DNA of 64,000 nucleotides from positions 9,548,001 through 9,612,000 of the forward strand of contig JBHGNT010000021.1 in the NCBI GenBank assembly GCA_043228905.1, in the 5' to 3' direction. This DNA is from Azolla caroliniana. Lineage: Eukaryota > Plantae > Polypodiophyta. The notes beneath the pieces are model-generated. The model saw only the letters and a program-made list of their open reading frames with translations. It was not told the DNA's origin and searched no databases. The position numbers and the translations under genes were made by a program. The number at the start of each line of letters is the position of its first letter. Within the stretch, counting starts at the first letter, position 1. Shown piece by piece: positions 26,101 through 37,481 of this stretch.

Positions 26101-27785
26101 TACAAAAGATTCCAACATTCTTTCAGTATAGTCACAGCTGCAAGAGATAGATGATGTGTTATTCTTAATTCTCCAAGATACAGGATTACGAATTACACAA
26201 AGCAGGTAAATGCCTCTATCCCACCTAAAGGGAATAAAGAGGATTTCATTGTCCAACAAAGCTTCAGAATTCTCTCTTGTGTACATAATGTGAGGTTTTT
26301 TCTCAAATAGTTCACAGGTGTCATTTCCTTTCTTAGTTCTCTGGAGATTTCTGAATGCAGGCAGAGATCATGAAAACGTAAGTCGATACCTCTGGATAAG
26401 ATACTGTTCTTCACACAAAACTACATTTTCATAATATTTATATGCATAAAAAACGGTTCACAGTTAAAATACAGGGTAAAATCACGATGAGCAGGTGTTT
26501 GTTTTGATTCTAGTTTCTGTTGTTAACTTTATATACATAAAACACAGGTTCATATTTAAGAAGTTGCAGGGTGATCTCTATTAAAAAGTATTTTAAGCCA
26601 TCTTTTCCATGAAAGCTATACACATAGAAAGCCCAGAAAATCTTGAATCCAAATTAAGTATTGCATTTCTAGTTTTTCTTGGTTTTTGTGGAATTTATAT
26701 ACATTAAACTGGTTTCAAATTCAAATCTAAGCAAAAAGATCTCCACTAGAAAGTATTTTGATTGATTGAAAATGATGGTTTTTACTGGATCGATCAAAAT
26801 CCTAAACCATAACTGTACATGGTATTTATAAAACTGGCTCGAATTCAAAACTACAAGAGAAGATCTCACCTAGCCAGTGTTTTGATTGATTGAGAAATAA
26901 AGGTGATTTCTTACATGATAGTCTTCTGGATCGGATCAAAATTCGAGACCATAACTGTGCATGCACCACAACCACCTTCTCCGCATCCAAGCTTTGTGCC
27001 AGTAAGTCCGGTCTCTAATGGACAAAGGTGAAAATAAATTTAAGACATCATCAAAGTAATCATGTAGAAGTTGCAAAGGATGTGGTAGATAACATCAAAG
27101 AGAGGATGCTGGAATTTAAAACAACGCCAGTAGCAGGAAAGACACCATTTGATGGTGATGATGATGATGATTGACTGAATAACATCATGTTCTATATAGA
27201 AAAAAAATGTGGATATCATGATTATGATCTGATTATCATATGATGATTATGATCTTGATTGACAAAAATAAAATAAAATAAAAATCATGTTTCTATTTAG
27301 TTATTTATTTGTTCAGCTAGGAGCTAAGCTATCATGTTCTAGTTACTTATTTATTTATTTATTCAACTAGGAGCTAAGATATCGTGTAAGATTTAAGCAA
27401 CCGGATGCTATATATATAAATATCGACATAATCTCAAAAGAAGCATAAGATATCAAAGAACCACAAATGATGTGGAAATAAATAAGAAGCACCATGAATG
27501 AAGATGAAAATTTCGATCCAGTGAGAGAACTGAAGGAAATCGAAACCAGATGGAGTGGAAAGACAGCGAGAATTGATTTACTTATTTATTTTGTTTCCTG
27601 TGTGTTTTTTTGGCTTTACCTCGAAGGAATTCGAGCAGAGTCTGGTGCGCCAGGTGGCGAGGGAGGATCTTTCTCTTGCCATTGATGTAGAGGAGAGGCT
27701 GAGCATCATCATCATCATCATCATAATCATCTGTGGCGGCGGCGGCGGAAGAATGGTGTGCAGGAGGGGGGGGTAGCGATCCCAT
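17198..27785 (-). CDS. XDH: Xanthine dehydrogenase (molybdo-flavoenzyme), 14 exons, 1372 aa, intact
   Basis: Exons, all GT-AG and phase-consistent, total 4119 nt: 27785-27620, 27014-26915, 25841-25733, 25625-24138, 24053-23811, 22543-22229, 21584-21345, 21266-20982, 20359-20138, 18837-18676, 18571-18437, 18088-17852, 17750-17577, 17440-17198. Fe-S motifs [15 protein letters not shown] and [14 protein letters not shown] motifs [15 protein letters not shown] and RRDDDIA. Moco/catalytic motifs [21 protein letters not shown] and VGEPP. Confidence 0.97.
22819..23134. repeat. Three copies of a 105-bp tandem repeat in XDH intron 5
   Basis: 'gccaaggagaaaatggagtaat...gaaatttatgc' starts at 22821, 22926 and 23031; copies are near-identical. 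Confidence 0.95.
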
Positions 27786-27922
27786 CGATCGACAGAAGAT
27801 CGGGAAAACCAGAAAACAACAAGAACTCGAACTCGAACTCTTGAAGGGGGTCAGGAGTGAAAGAGACGATGATTTCTTCTGTGTGTGAGTGAATAATAAG
27901 TTCATATATGTATGTAATGTAC

Positions 27923-28086
27923 ATATATATATATATATATACAGTACATACATATATGTATGTAGAGTTTTTGGGGGATGATTGGAATTCTTCTTTTGAG
28001 ACAGACAGAGACAGAAAGAGACACATTCACATTGACATGTGTCCCAAACAAAAAGACCTCTTCTTCTTCTTCTTCTTCTTTCTTCT
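27923..28086. repeat. (TA)n and (TTC)n microsatellites in the XDH upstream/5' UTR region
   Basis: (AT)n at about 27923-27941 and (TTC)n at about 28059-28086. Confidence 0.85.
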
Positions 28087-29101
28087 ATTTTGGCAAGACT
28101 TCCCACATCATGAGTAAGAGAGAGTAGAGTGTGTACATTACATACATCCGTCAAGCTCCTATCGAAGCAATTAACTTCCGGGTTCCGCCCACCCACAGAG
28201 CGAGTCTTACGTCTCTCCTCTTTTCCCCCCCTTCTCGCTCATGTTCACACAAGTGTCTCGAAATTTCATACGAGGATTATCATGATCGAAATTGTATTTG
28301 AGAAAGAATAATATGGGCTATATATATTATGTCTACATGTTTGGCATGAAGAGCCTTCATTATCCACTCTCTCAATGTCTATACTTTTCCAACCTTTGTA
28401 TTAAAAAAGTAGCCATTAGTGGTATGAGAGCAAGGTCCAATCGAAAAAGTATTTTCCCTAGATCGATTGCAAATTGTAATAATAAAGCACGGAAAGGGGT
28501 GAGGATTTGATTATTCTTCTCTCCTCGGTTACGAAGAAACCAAGTCTAAGGTGATTGTGAGTCATCAAGTATCTTGGTATCCGCAAATCTTGAATTTAAT
28601 TTTTCGTTATCCTAGTACATAATCCCAAAATCATTTTTCGATAACCATCAAAAAGAAAAAACATTGAAGGTTATAATTGTTCATCTGCACTTTTCACTCA
28701 AATCATTAGAAGTATGGTACATAGATGTGGGATTTTACGTGCAATATTGAAACATCAAATACTATAGTGAAACACAAATGCCATATTGAAGCATCGTTTA
28801 TCAAATTGACACATCACATATCACATTGCATATTTGAACATTACATACCATAACATCAAATACCATATTTTAAAAATCACATATTGAAAGATTTATAGCT
28901 AATTCTCTTGGCAAGAGTTCATAACCAGTCATTTATTTATTACACGGGGAAATTCCAAAACATATTAGATCAATTTTATAAAATTTCAACCTATATCTTC
29001 TATAAAGTCTTCAATGTCTGTAAAGAATCGATGATGATTCTTGTGCATCGGAATAGGTTAGAGATGTGTGTGTGTGTGAGAGAGAGAGAAAGGAGAGAGA
29101 A

Positions 29102-29557
29102 GCCCAGATGGATGTAGCTCAGTTGGTAAGGTTGCCCAATGGAGACCATGTGGTCATGGGTTCAACCCCTACATTCCACAGTGGCATTTAGTGAATTAAG
29201 AGATATATAAGAAGTATATAATAGAGAGATGAAGAAGGTGGGTTTCGAACCCACAACGCAATGGTTGTAGTGCTAACAACTTACCACTAGGGTAAGGTAA
29301 TTATGAAAAAAAAAAAAAAAAGAGGAGAGGAGAGAAAACACAAGATAGATGCCCAGATGGATGTAGCTCAGTTGGTAAGGTTGCCCAATGGAGACCAGGT
29401 GGTCATGGGTTGAACCCCTACATTCCACAGTGGCATCTAGTGAAATAGAGATATATATGAAGTATATAATAGAGAGGTGATGAGGAAATTGGGTTTCGAA
29501 CCCAAGACACAATGCTTGTAGTGTTATCGACTTACCACTAGGGTAAGCTAATTACGA
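29102..29557. mobile_element. Two tandem units (249-bp period) of a tRNA-derived SINE-like element, each with one forward and one reverse tRNA-like module
   Basis: Forward A box TAGCTCAGTTGG and B box GGTTCAACCC. Reverse A-box-like TAGTGGTAAG and T-arm GTGGG-TTCGAAA-CCCAC. Units are followed by poly(A) and (ATA)n. Confidence 0.7.
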
Positions 29558-32252
29558 TAATAATAATAATTAAAACACGAGATAGATACATTAACCGACC
29601 TATTACAAAGTACGAGAAGAGTGCTTTATATAGTCGCTCTCTCTTCATTAACTATTGAAGCTCATGAGTCATCGGGAATGTGGAAACTCATTAGTTATGT
29701 GTAATAGAATATGATTCTATGACACATAGTTAATGTGTAAAGATTAGTGGTGTGACTTTTGACGTTTGAGTGTTCACACACTCTCAAGGGTGTGTTCACA
29801 CACTAGGCTAGGTTGAGCTTGATTCTCAACACGCCCCCTCAAGCTCAACTTTGGTTGGCTTGTCCGCTTCGGCTGATACCTAGTTCGGACGTACTCCCCC
29901 TCAAGCTTGGCAAGTCAGGGATCATCAATCCAAGGTCTGGCATGAATTGTCGAAGCTTGTCGGCTCTTAGGGTTTTGGTGAAGATATCGGTTGTCTGAAG
30001 ATTCGTGCTGATGTGTTAAAAGTCGACATCTCCAACATGAACGCGTTGTGACGGTAATCCGCGAGTACGTGTCGAAAGGGGGCAGGACCACGGGGGCCTC
30101 AGACGAGGAAGAGATGGATGTCGAGAAGCCGACTCTCTCCAGTCCCGGTTGCACCGGTTGTGGCGCAAACCGAAGTGATTCCGGACACATACCAGCGGCT
30201 ACCAAACACGAGAGAAGGAGAGAGAGAGAGACCACGTGCGCAACACCGACTCAACACACACCTCTTATGTACAGGAAACATTTGTTTTTCAAGGGAAAGA
30301 AATGCACCCTACACCAACAGAGACACAAATATGCACAACCTTTTATATATATAATTACAAGAGCAAGATACAACTCCGGCTTCGAGCCGGACCAAGGTAG
30401 GTTAGGTTACAACAGCAATCCGCTACCAAGCCGTCAATCAAGGAGCTCTCGGGCTCATTGCGTCGAGCGGGGTATTGCATAGGAGACCGGGTAGAAGCCT
30501 AAACCCCTTTAGACATACGAGCTCCTAACCGGACTAAACCCTAAACAGACACGAAGACTCAACCCACACGACGACGACGAAGAAGAAGAAGAAGAAGAAG
30601 TTGAAGAACCCTAACAAGAAACAAGAAAGTAAGAAGAAGAAGAACTAACACGCCTTCGACCTAAGTGGTATACCCTCCTAACTCAAAATGGGCAACCCCT
30701 CTACAAAGGGTGCCCCCTTCCCTTTATAGAATAAGGAGAGGGATGCGTTACAATGTGGGATAAATCTCGATTTACAAGGGATTCTCTGTCCCGACTTAAC
30801 TCCTAGCCGGCGCCAAAAAGGCACCCCTATCACCTACACCATTTGTACAAGGGCGAGTGCACATTCTCCACCCTGCCGATTCTTCCGATATTCGCCGGTT
30901 TCTCACCATGGCCTGGAATCTTCACGACATTCGCCCCCACCAAACCGCACGTCCACCGGTGCGTGCCAAGTCCAGAGAAAGGTGAGAGATTATGGTCGGT
31001 GAGGAACCGGTCTTCCGTAATCAGCATTCCGGTTGCCATGTTGGCCTCATCGGTTTGAACCAACGGCTTCGGTTCCTTCTCCGTGCTTGCCTCTTCGTAG
31101 GCTCGTTCAACCTGTCAGTAGGTCATTCACCGTGATCCCGTAGTGCATGTGCTTCTCTGTTGGCCCTTTGCCTGACCGTATGCACGTTCCACGTCCCTTC
31201 GGATATGCGGTGTCCTTCGCCCGAGGAGCACCCGTGATGGCCTGCTTGACCTCAGTTGACCTGCGCGTCATCCCAATTGTCGTTCCACGCTGATCTCCAT
31301 CGCCTTCATCCCCTTGTCGCCACCTACCTTCTCCTTGGTCTTACGTTGCCACCGCGGCTAAACTACCAAGGTCTTCGGAACCAGTGTCGAGGATCCCTCT
31401 CCGGCCTTCTACACGAGATCACTTGAATCGGAAACCTTCCTTCGCGCTTGTAGTCCTCGCGTTACCAATTCCGTGTGCCGCGCATTCCCCTTTTGCTGCT
31501 CGGCACTGTCGTGCCGAACTCCGGTTACTTCCTATGCACCTTTCGTCAGCCCTCTCCCAGCCAGATCATGCATCGCTGCTTCTCCACGTACCAGTGTCCT
31601 CCGCGTCCAAGGAACACCCTATAGTAGCCCGCTTGGCCACTTTCGTCTTGCGCCGTTGCCACTGGTTCGGAGCCTTCCGCTTGGCATCGTCCCCTCACCC
31701 CCACCAGCTTGTTATCTCGGGTTTGGCTTGCCACGCCAGTCGTTGCCACGCCGACTGAGCCGCCGGGATCTCCGAAGCGGGTGTGGAGGATCATTCTCCG
31801 GCCCTCGATCCTGTTTCTGGTCTCCAATTTGTGTAGTCTATTACGCACCCGTGCTCTCATTCTCGGCACCTCCATGTGTTGTCTTTCGCCTTCCTTGTCT
31901 GGTACCACCTGTGCCGAACACCGTCCATTGCTCGTGCCTTGCTTCAGCCCTCGATGGCCACTCACACGTCTCTTGTTCCGCTCTAGGTGTGCCCATCTGG
32001 CTTGGCACCCCGCTCCTCGCTCACCCTTTACTGGCTTCCGTCTGAAACCATAACTGGCTGGTAAGGGTTTCGCTCTTCTAGCGTGGCCGGTTCTCGTTTC
32101 CTGTCACCACCGTCCTTCTCACTCGGTCTCACATTACCATGTCGGCTTGAACTATCGATGTCTCCGAATTGGTGTGAGGATCCCATAGGACTGATTTTCC
32201 TTCTCTCTTCTTCTACAGCCCTCGTTGCCTTCCGGTCGGGTCGGTTCCCGAC

Positions 32253-35200
32253 TGTTGGGATTTTCGGTCCCTCCGGATGGGATGTCCGGAGATGAATAAC
32301 GGCAATCCCGGTTACGGTTACGGTCCCGGCTACGGAGCCGGATGATGAAGACCTCGGCTACGGAGCCGGATGATGAAGACCCCGGCTACGGAGCCGGATG
32401 ATGAACGTACCCGGAGCGAGATCCGGATGCGGAGATATATTTGTAAATAACCCGAAAGTCATATATGTATAAATATGACTTAGGGCAAACAGTTTTATGT
32501 TGCTGCTCATTTTTATGTTTTCAGCCGAGAGAGAAAGTGAGAGCAGCCGAGAGAGAGAGAGAGCGAGAGAAAGGAAGAGGTAGACGCCTCGGTGTAATAC
32601 CGCCGCCTGTGGCGAAGGCAATGAGCTCAAGGTTGTTGCCTTGTAGCTTCACCATTGTACATCTCTGTGTATAGTGATCGTTGGAGTTTGAGGACTCCCG
32701 TGGTTTTTCCCATTTAGGGTTTTCCACGTAAAACATCCTGTGTACTCTTCTCTCTATTGTCTTCGTGCATTTTGTATTTCCCGTTTTCTGTGAATCGATC
32801 CTACTACTTGGTGGCGGCCGAGCACTGTTGTTCAACAATTTGGTATCAGAGCACGGTTAACACAGAAAATGGAAGGCGGCGGTAGTGGGCCTCCGGGCAT
32901 GATGGTGTTGAACTCACAGAACTACGCCGACTGGAAGATAAAGATGGAAGACCTTCTCATCGTCCGAGACCTGTACGAACCGATCGACAATGCCGAGATA
33001 CCCAAGGGGGTAATAGAGTCGGAGTGGAAGCTCCTGAACCGGAAAGCCGTAGCGACGATCCGGCAATATGTAGATGTAAGTGTTCTGCAACATGTGGCGA
33101 ACGACACCAACGCATATGAGATGTGGAAGAAGCTGTCGGGCCTCTACGAGAGGAAGAATGCGTTGAACCGGACCTCCCTGATGAGGAAGATAGTGAACCT
33201 CAAGTACCGGGACGGCGAGAATATGGTGGAACACGTGAGCACGTTCATGGGATTCGTGAACCAGCTTGCGGCGATCAAGTTCCCGTTGGAGGATGCAATG
33301 CAAGCCATCATTCTGATGTGTACATTGCCGGAAAGCTGGGAGAACTTGGTGGTGACTCTCAGCACCTCCTGCACCGAAGATAACTTGTCTCTACAAACGG
33401 TAAAGACAAGCATTTTGAACGAAGAAGCGCGTCGGAGAGATAAAGAACCGGTTTCCGATCCGAAGATGCTGCTTACCGAATCGGATCGGGGAAGACAATG
33501 GAACCGGAGTCCGCAAAGACGGGAGAAGTCGGGGACCCGGTCGCAGTCAAGAGGAAGACCCACATGCTTCCACTATGGGAAGCCGGGGCACTTCCGGAAG
33601 AATTGTCGGCATTACCGAAAGGACAACGGAGCCGACGACACCGATTCGAAGAAGTCACCGGAGAGAAACGGTGCATACCGGGGAGCCACGGACCAGAGAG
33701 GTCCGGATCGGCGAGGGCAGGACCGGAAAGGAACGACGGCACTCGCGGCAAGTGAAGAAGAGATAATGCTCATTACCGAAGAGAGGGAGCTGAACCTTGC
33801 CGGTGTAGAGATGACCTGGGTGGTCGATTCCGGAGCGTCGTTCCACCTGACCCCGGAGAAGAAATACTTCTCATCCTACACAGCCGGTGAGCACGGCTGT
33901 GTCCGGATGGGAAATGAAGGCACATGTCGGATTGCCGGCATAGGAGACGTGTGGCTGATGACATCAACCGGATGCAAGATGCTGCTGAAGGATGTACGAC
34001 ACGTTCCGGAGGTCCGATTGAACCTGATTTCGGCCGGGAGGCTAGACGATGAAGGCTACACGGGTAGCATCCGGAACGGTGTCATGAAGTTCAGCAAAGG
34101 GAGCCTGATAGTGGCTCGGGCCCGGAAGGTCAACACACTGTACCTGATGAATTCCCGGCTATGTCCGGAGGAGCTGAACGTGGCAGCCGATACTGCCGGT
34201 GAGCTGTGGCACAAGAGACTGTGTCACATGAGTGAGAAGGGGATGAAGAGGCTTGCAGAAGACAACCTTATTCCAGTGAAGCATGTGCACCTGGAGAAGT
34301 GCACTGATTGCCTGGCCGGAAAACAGAACTGAACCTCCTTCCACTCAATGCCACCGACGAGACGTAGTGTACCATTGGAGTTGGTACACACTGATGTGTG
34401 TCAGGTAGAAACGAAGTCACATGGCGGAGCCCAGTACTTCGTAACATTCATAGATGACCATAGCCGGAAGCTGTGGACGGCACCGTTGAAGACAAAGGAC
34501 CAAGTATTGTCCGTCTTCAAAGAACTCCACGCGAGAGTGGAAAGGGAATCCGGCAAGGAGCTGAAAGCGATACGAGCGGATAACGGAGGGGAATACCGGG
34601 GGCAGTTCGAGGAGTACTGTCGCTCGAAGGGAATCCGGCTCGAGTTTACTGTGCCGAAGACGCCGGAACTGAACGGGCTGGCCGAGAGGATGAACCAGAC
34701 CATAATGGAGAGGGTCCGGAGTATGCTGGCGCATGCGAAATTACCCAAGGGGTTTTGGGCTGAGGCAATGTCGACGGCGACATACATGATAAACAGATCA
34801 CCCTCAGTACCTTTGGACGGAGACACGCCGCAGAGAGTGTGGACCGGTAGGGAAGTATCCTACCGGCATCTGAAGGTGTTCGGGTGTCTCGCATACGTGC
34901 ATGTGGCAAAGGACCGGAGAGGAAAGTTAGATCCAAAGACCCGACCATGCATATTCCTCGGTTACGGCGACGACGAGTTCGGCTACCGAGTATGGGACCC
35001 GGTCGACAAAAAGATATTCCGGAGTCGTGATATCATCTTCATGGAGCACAAGACACTCGCCGACTGGGAGTCGGAGAAAAGGATGAAGAGCTCCAAGTCG
35101 ACCGGTGAGGATCAACTCTACGAGGAGCAGTCCCGACCGGCAAGGGACCGGTTAGCACTCGAGGATCCGGCCGAAGACGGTGAAGAAACAGAACCGGCCG

Positions 35201-37481
35201 AGGAAGATGAAACTGATACCGGAACCGGCCCCGATCCCGAAATGGATTCGGATGAAGAGGAAACGGAGGAGCCGGTTACCGAAGCTCCGGAACGGAGATA
35301 CCCTCTAAGAGAGAGAAGGGCCCCCCGGAGATTTCCGGAACCAGAGCACGTGCTGCTAACCGACGAGGGGGAGCTGGAGAGTTTTGAAGAAGCAAAGCTT
35401 GACACCCATAGCCGCAGGTGGTTAAGTGCCATGCAGGAGGAGATGGATTCCCTGCATGAGAACCACACATATGAACTTGTGGAGTTGCCGAAAGGAAAGC
35501 GGGCACTTCGAAACAAGTGGGTGTTCAAGCTGAAACCGGGAGATGCCGGAAACCCCCCGAGATACAAAGCCAGGATCGTGGTGAAGGGGTTCCAGCAGAA
35601 GAAGGGCGTCGACTTCGACGAGATATTTGCCCCGGTAGTGAAGATGACCTCCATCCGGACGGTGCTGAGCATAGCGGCAAGCATGGACCTCGAGGTAGAA
35701 CAGATGGACGTGAAGACGGCATTCCTTCACGGTGACCTCGAAGAAGAGATCTACATGCAGCAACCGGAAGGATTCGAGAAGAAAGGGACGGAGCACCTGG
35801 TATGCCGGTTGAAGAAGAGCCTTTACGGACTGAAGCAGGCTCCCCGGCAATGGTACCGGAAGTTCGACTCTTTCATGACCAAAGAAGGGTACCACAAAAC
35901 GCAGTCCGATCACTGCGTGTTTGTGAAGAAGTTCGAAGGAGGAGACTTTCTAATACTCCTCCTGTATGTGGACGACATGTTGATCGTCGGACGGGACCAG
36001 GGCAAGATACGGATGCTGAAGAAAGCGCTTCACCGAACCTTCTCAATGAAGGACCTGGGTCCGGCGAGGCAAATAGTAGGGATGCATATCATCCGGGACC
36101 GGAAGAAGAAGCAGTTGTGGTTGTCATAGGAGAAGTACGTGACAAAGGTGCTTCACCGGTTCAACATGTCGGAAGCAAGACCGGTCGGGTCAACCCTCCC
36201 GGCAAACTGCAAGCTGTCCAGCAAGCAAAGCCCCAAGACAAAGGCTGAGAAGGAGGACATGATGAAAGTACCATATGCCTCTGCCGTCGGAAGCTTGATG
36301 TACGCAATGGTGTGTACAAGACCGGACATAGGATATGCAGTCGGAGTGGTGAGCCGGTACATGAGCAATCCCGGCAAAGAGCACTGGAACGCGGCCAAGT
36401 GGATACTCCGATACCTGAAGGGCACGGCAAACGTATGCCTCCGATTCGGCTCCGGTAAGCCCGAACTCGACGGCTTTACCGATTCGGATATGTCGGCTGA
36501 TGCAGATACCAGCTGGTCCACATTAGGGTATGTGATGACGTATGCAGGGGGAGCTGTTTCGTGGCAGTCGAGGCTGCAGAAGACGGTTGCGTTGTCAACC
36601 ACGGAGGCGGAGTACATGGCGGCTGTTGAAGCCGGCAAGGAAATAATATGGATGAAGGACTTCATTAGAGAGCTCGGTATCCGGCAGGAGGAGTACCGAC
36701 TCTACTGCGACAGTCAGAGTGCCATCCACCTTGCAAAGAATGCGGCCTATCACTCCCGGACGAAGCACATCCAGCGTAGATACCACTGGATCCGGGAAAG
36801 GATAGAAGACAAGGAGTTCGTGCTGACGAAGATCCACACGGACGAGAACGGGTCGGATATGCTGACCAAGGTACTTACACCTGACAAGCTGGAGGCATGC
36901 CGGAAGAGGATCGGATTGGAGAGACATCCCATGCCGAAGTGAAGGGGGAGTTTGTTGGGATTTTCGGTCCCTCCGGATGGGATGTCCGGAGATGAATAAC
37001 GGCAATCCCGGTTACGGTTACGGTCCCGGCTACGGAGCCGGATGATGAACGTACTCGGAGCGAGATCCGGATGCGGAGATATATTTGTAAATAACCCGAA
37101 AGTCATATATGTATAAATATGACTTAGGGCAAACAGTTTTATGTTGCTGCTCATTTTTATGTTTTCAGCCGAGAGAGAAAGTGAGAGCAGCCGAGAGAGA
37201 GAGAGAGCGAGAGAAAGGAAGAGGTAGACGCCTCGGTGTAATACCGCCGCCTGTGGCGAAGGCAGTGAGCTCAAGGTTGTTGCCTTGTAGCTTCACCATT
37301 GTACATCTCTGTGTATAGTGATCGTTGGAGTTTGAGGACTCCCGTGGTTTTTCCCATTTAGGGTTTTCCACGTAAAACATCCTGTGTACTCTTCTCTCTA
37401 TTGTCTTCGTGCATTTTGTATTTCCCGTTTTCTGTGAATCGATCCTACTACTTGGTGGCGGCCGAGCACTGTTGTTCAACA
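32253..37481 (+). mobile_element. Copia E: full-length young Ty1/copia (LTRs 32253-32837 and 36953-37481)
   Basis: TG..CA LTRs; TSD CCGAC/CTGAC; PBS TGGTATCAGAGC (tRNA-iMet) at 32841-32852; PPT at 36941-36950. Confidence 0.97.
32869..36942 (+). pseudogene. Copia E gag-pol polyprotein with two in-frame stops
   Basis: Single frame across ORFs 32869..34332, 34348..36129 and 36139..36942. Stops are TGA 34330 and TAG 36127. Motifs DSGA, HTDVC, RADNGGEY and LYVDD. Confidence 0.93.

Noticed and set aside
17198-27785. Aldehyde oxidase rather than XDH
   Set aside because: The XDH-diagnostic Glu (GGKE), Arg (LERA) and NAD-site RRDDDIA are present.
27786-28196. N-terminal extension of XDH suggested by ORF 27582..28196
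   Set aside because: Non-ATG start running through microsatellites; ATG 27785 gives a normal-length XDH.
29102-29557. Functional tRNA genes
   Set aside because: Anticodon and acceptor arms do not form canonical cloverleaves; only A/B boxes and T arms are retained.
30533-30546. Telomere-like AAACCCTAAA (also about 40146 and 54856-54870)
   Set aside because: Only one or two units; common telo-box-like motifs inside LTRs, not a telomeric array.
34330-34332. Programmed stop readthrough in Copia E
   Set aside because: TGA replaces an Arg codon (CGA in homologous Copia A) and a second stop exists at 36127; this is ordinary C-to-T decay.
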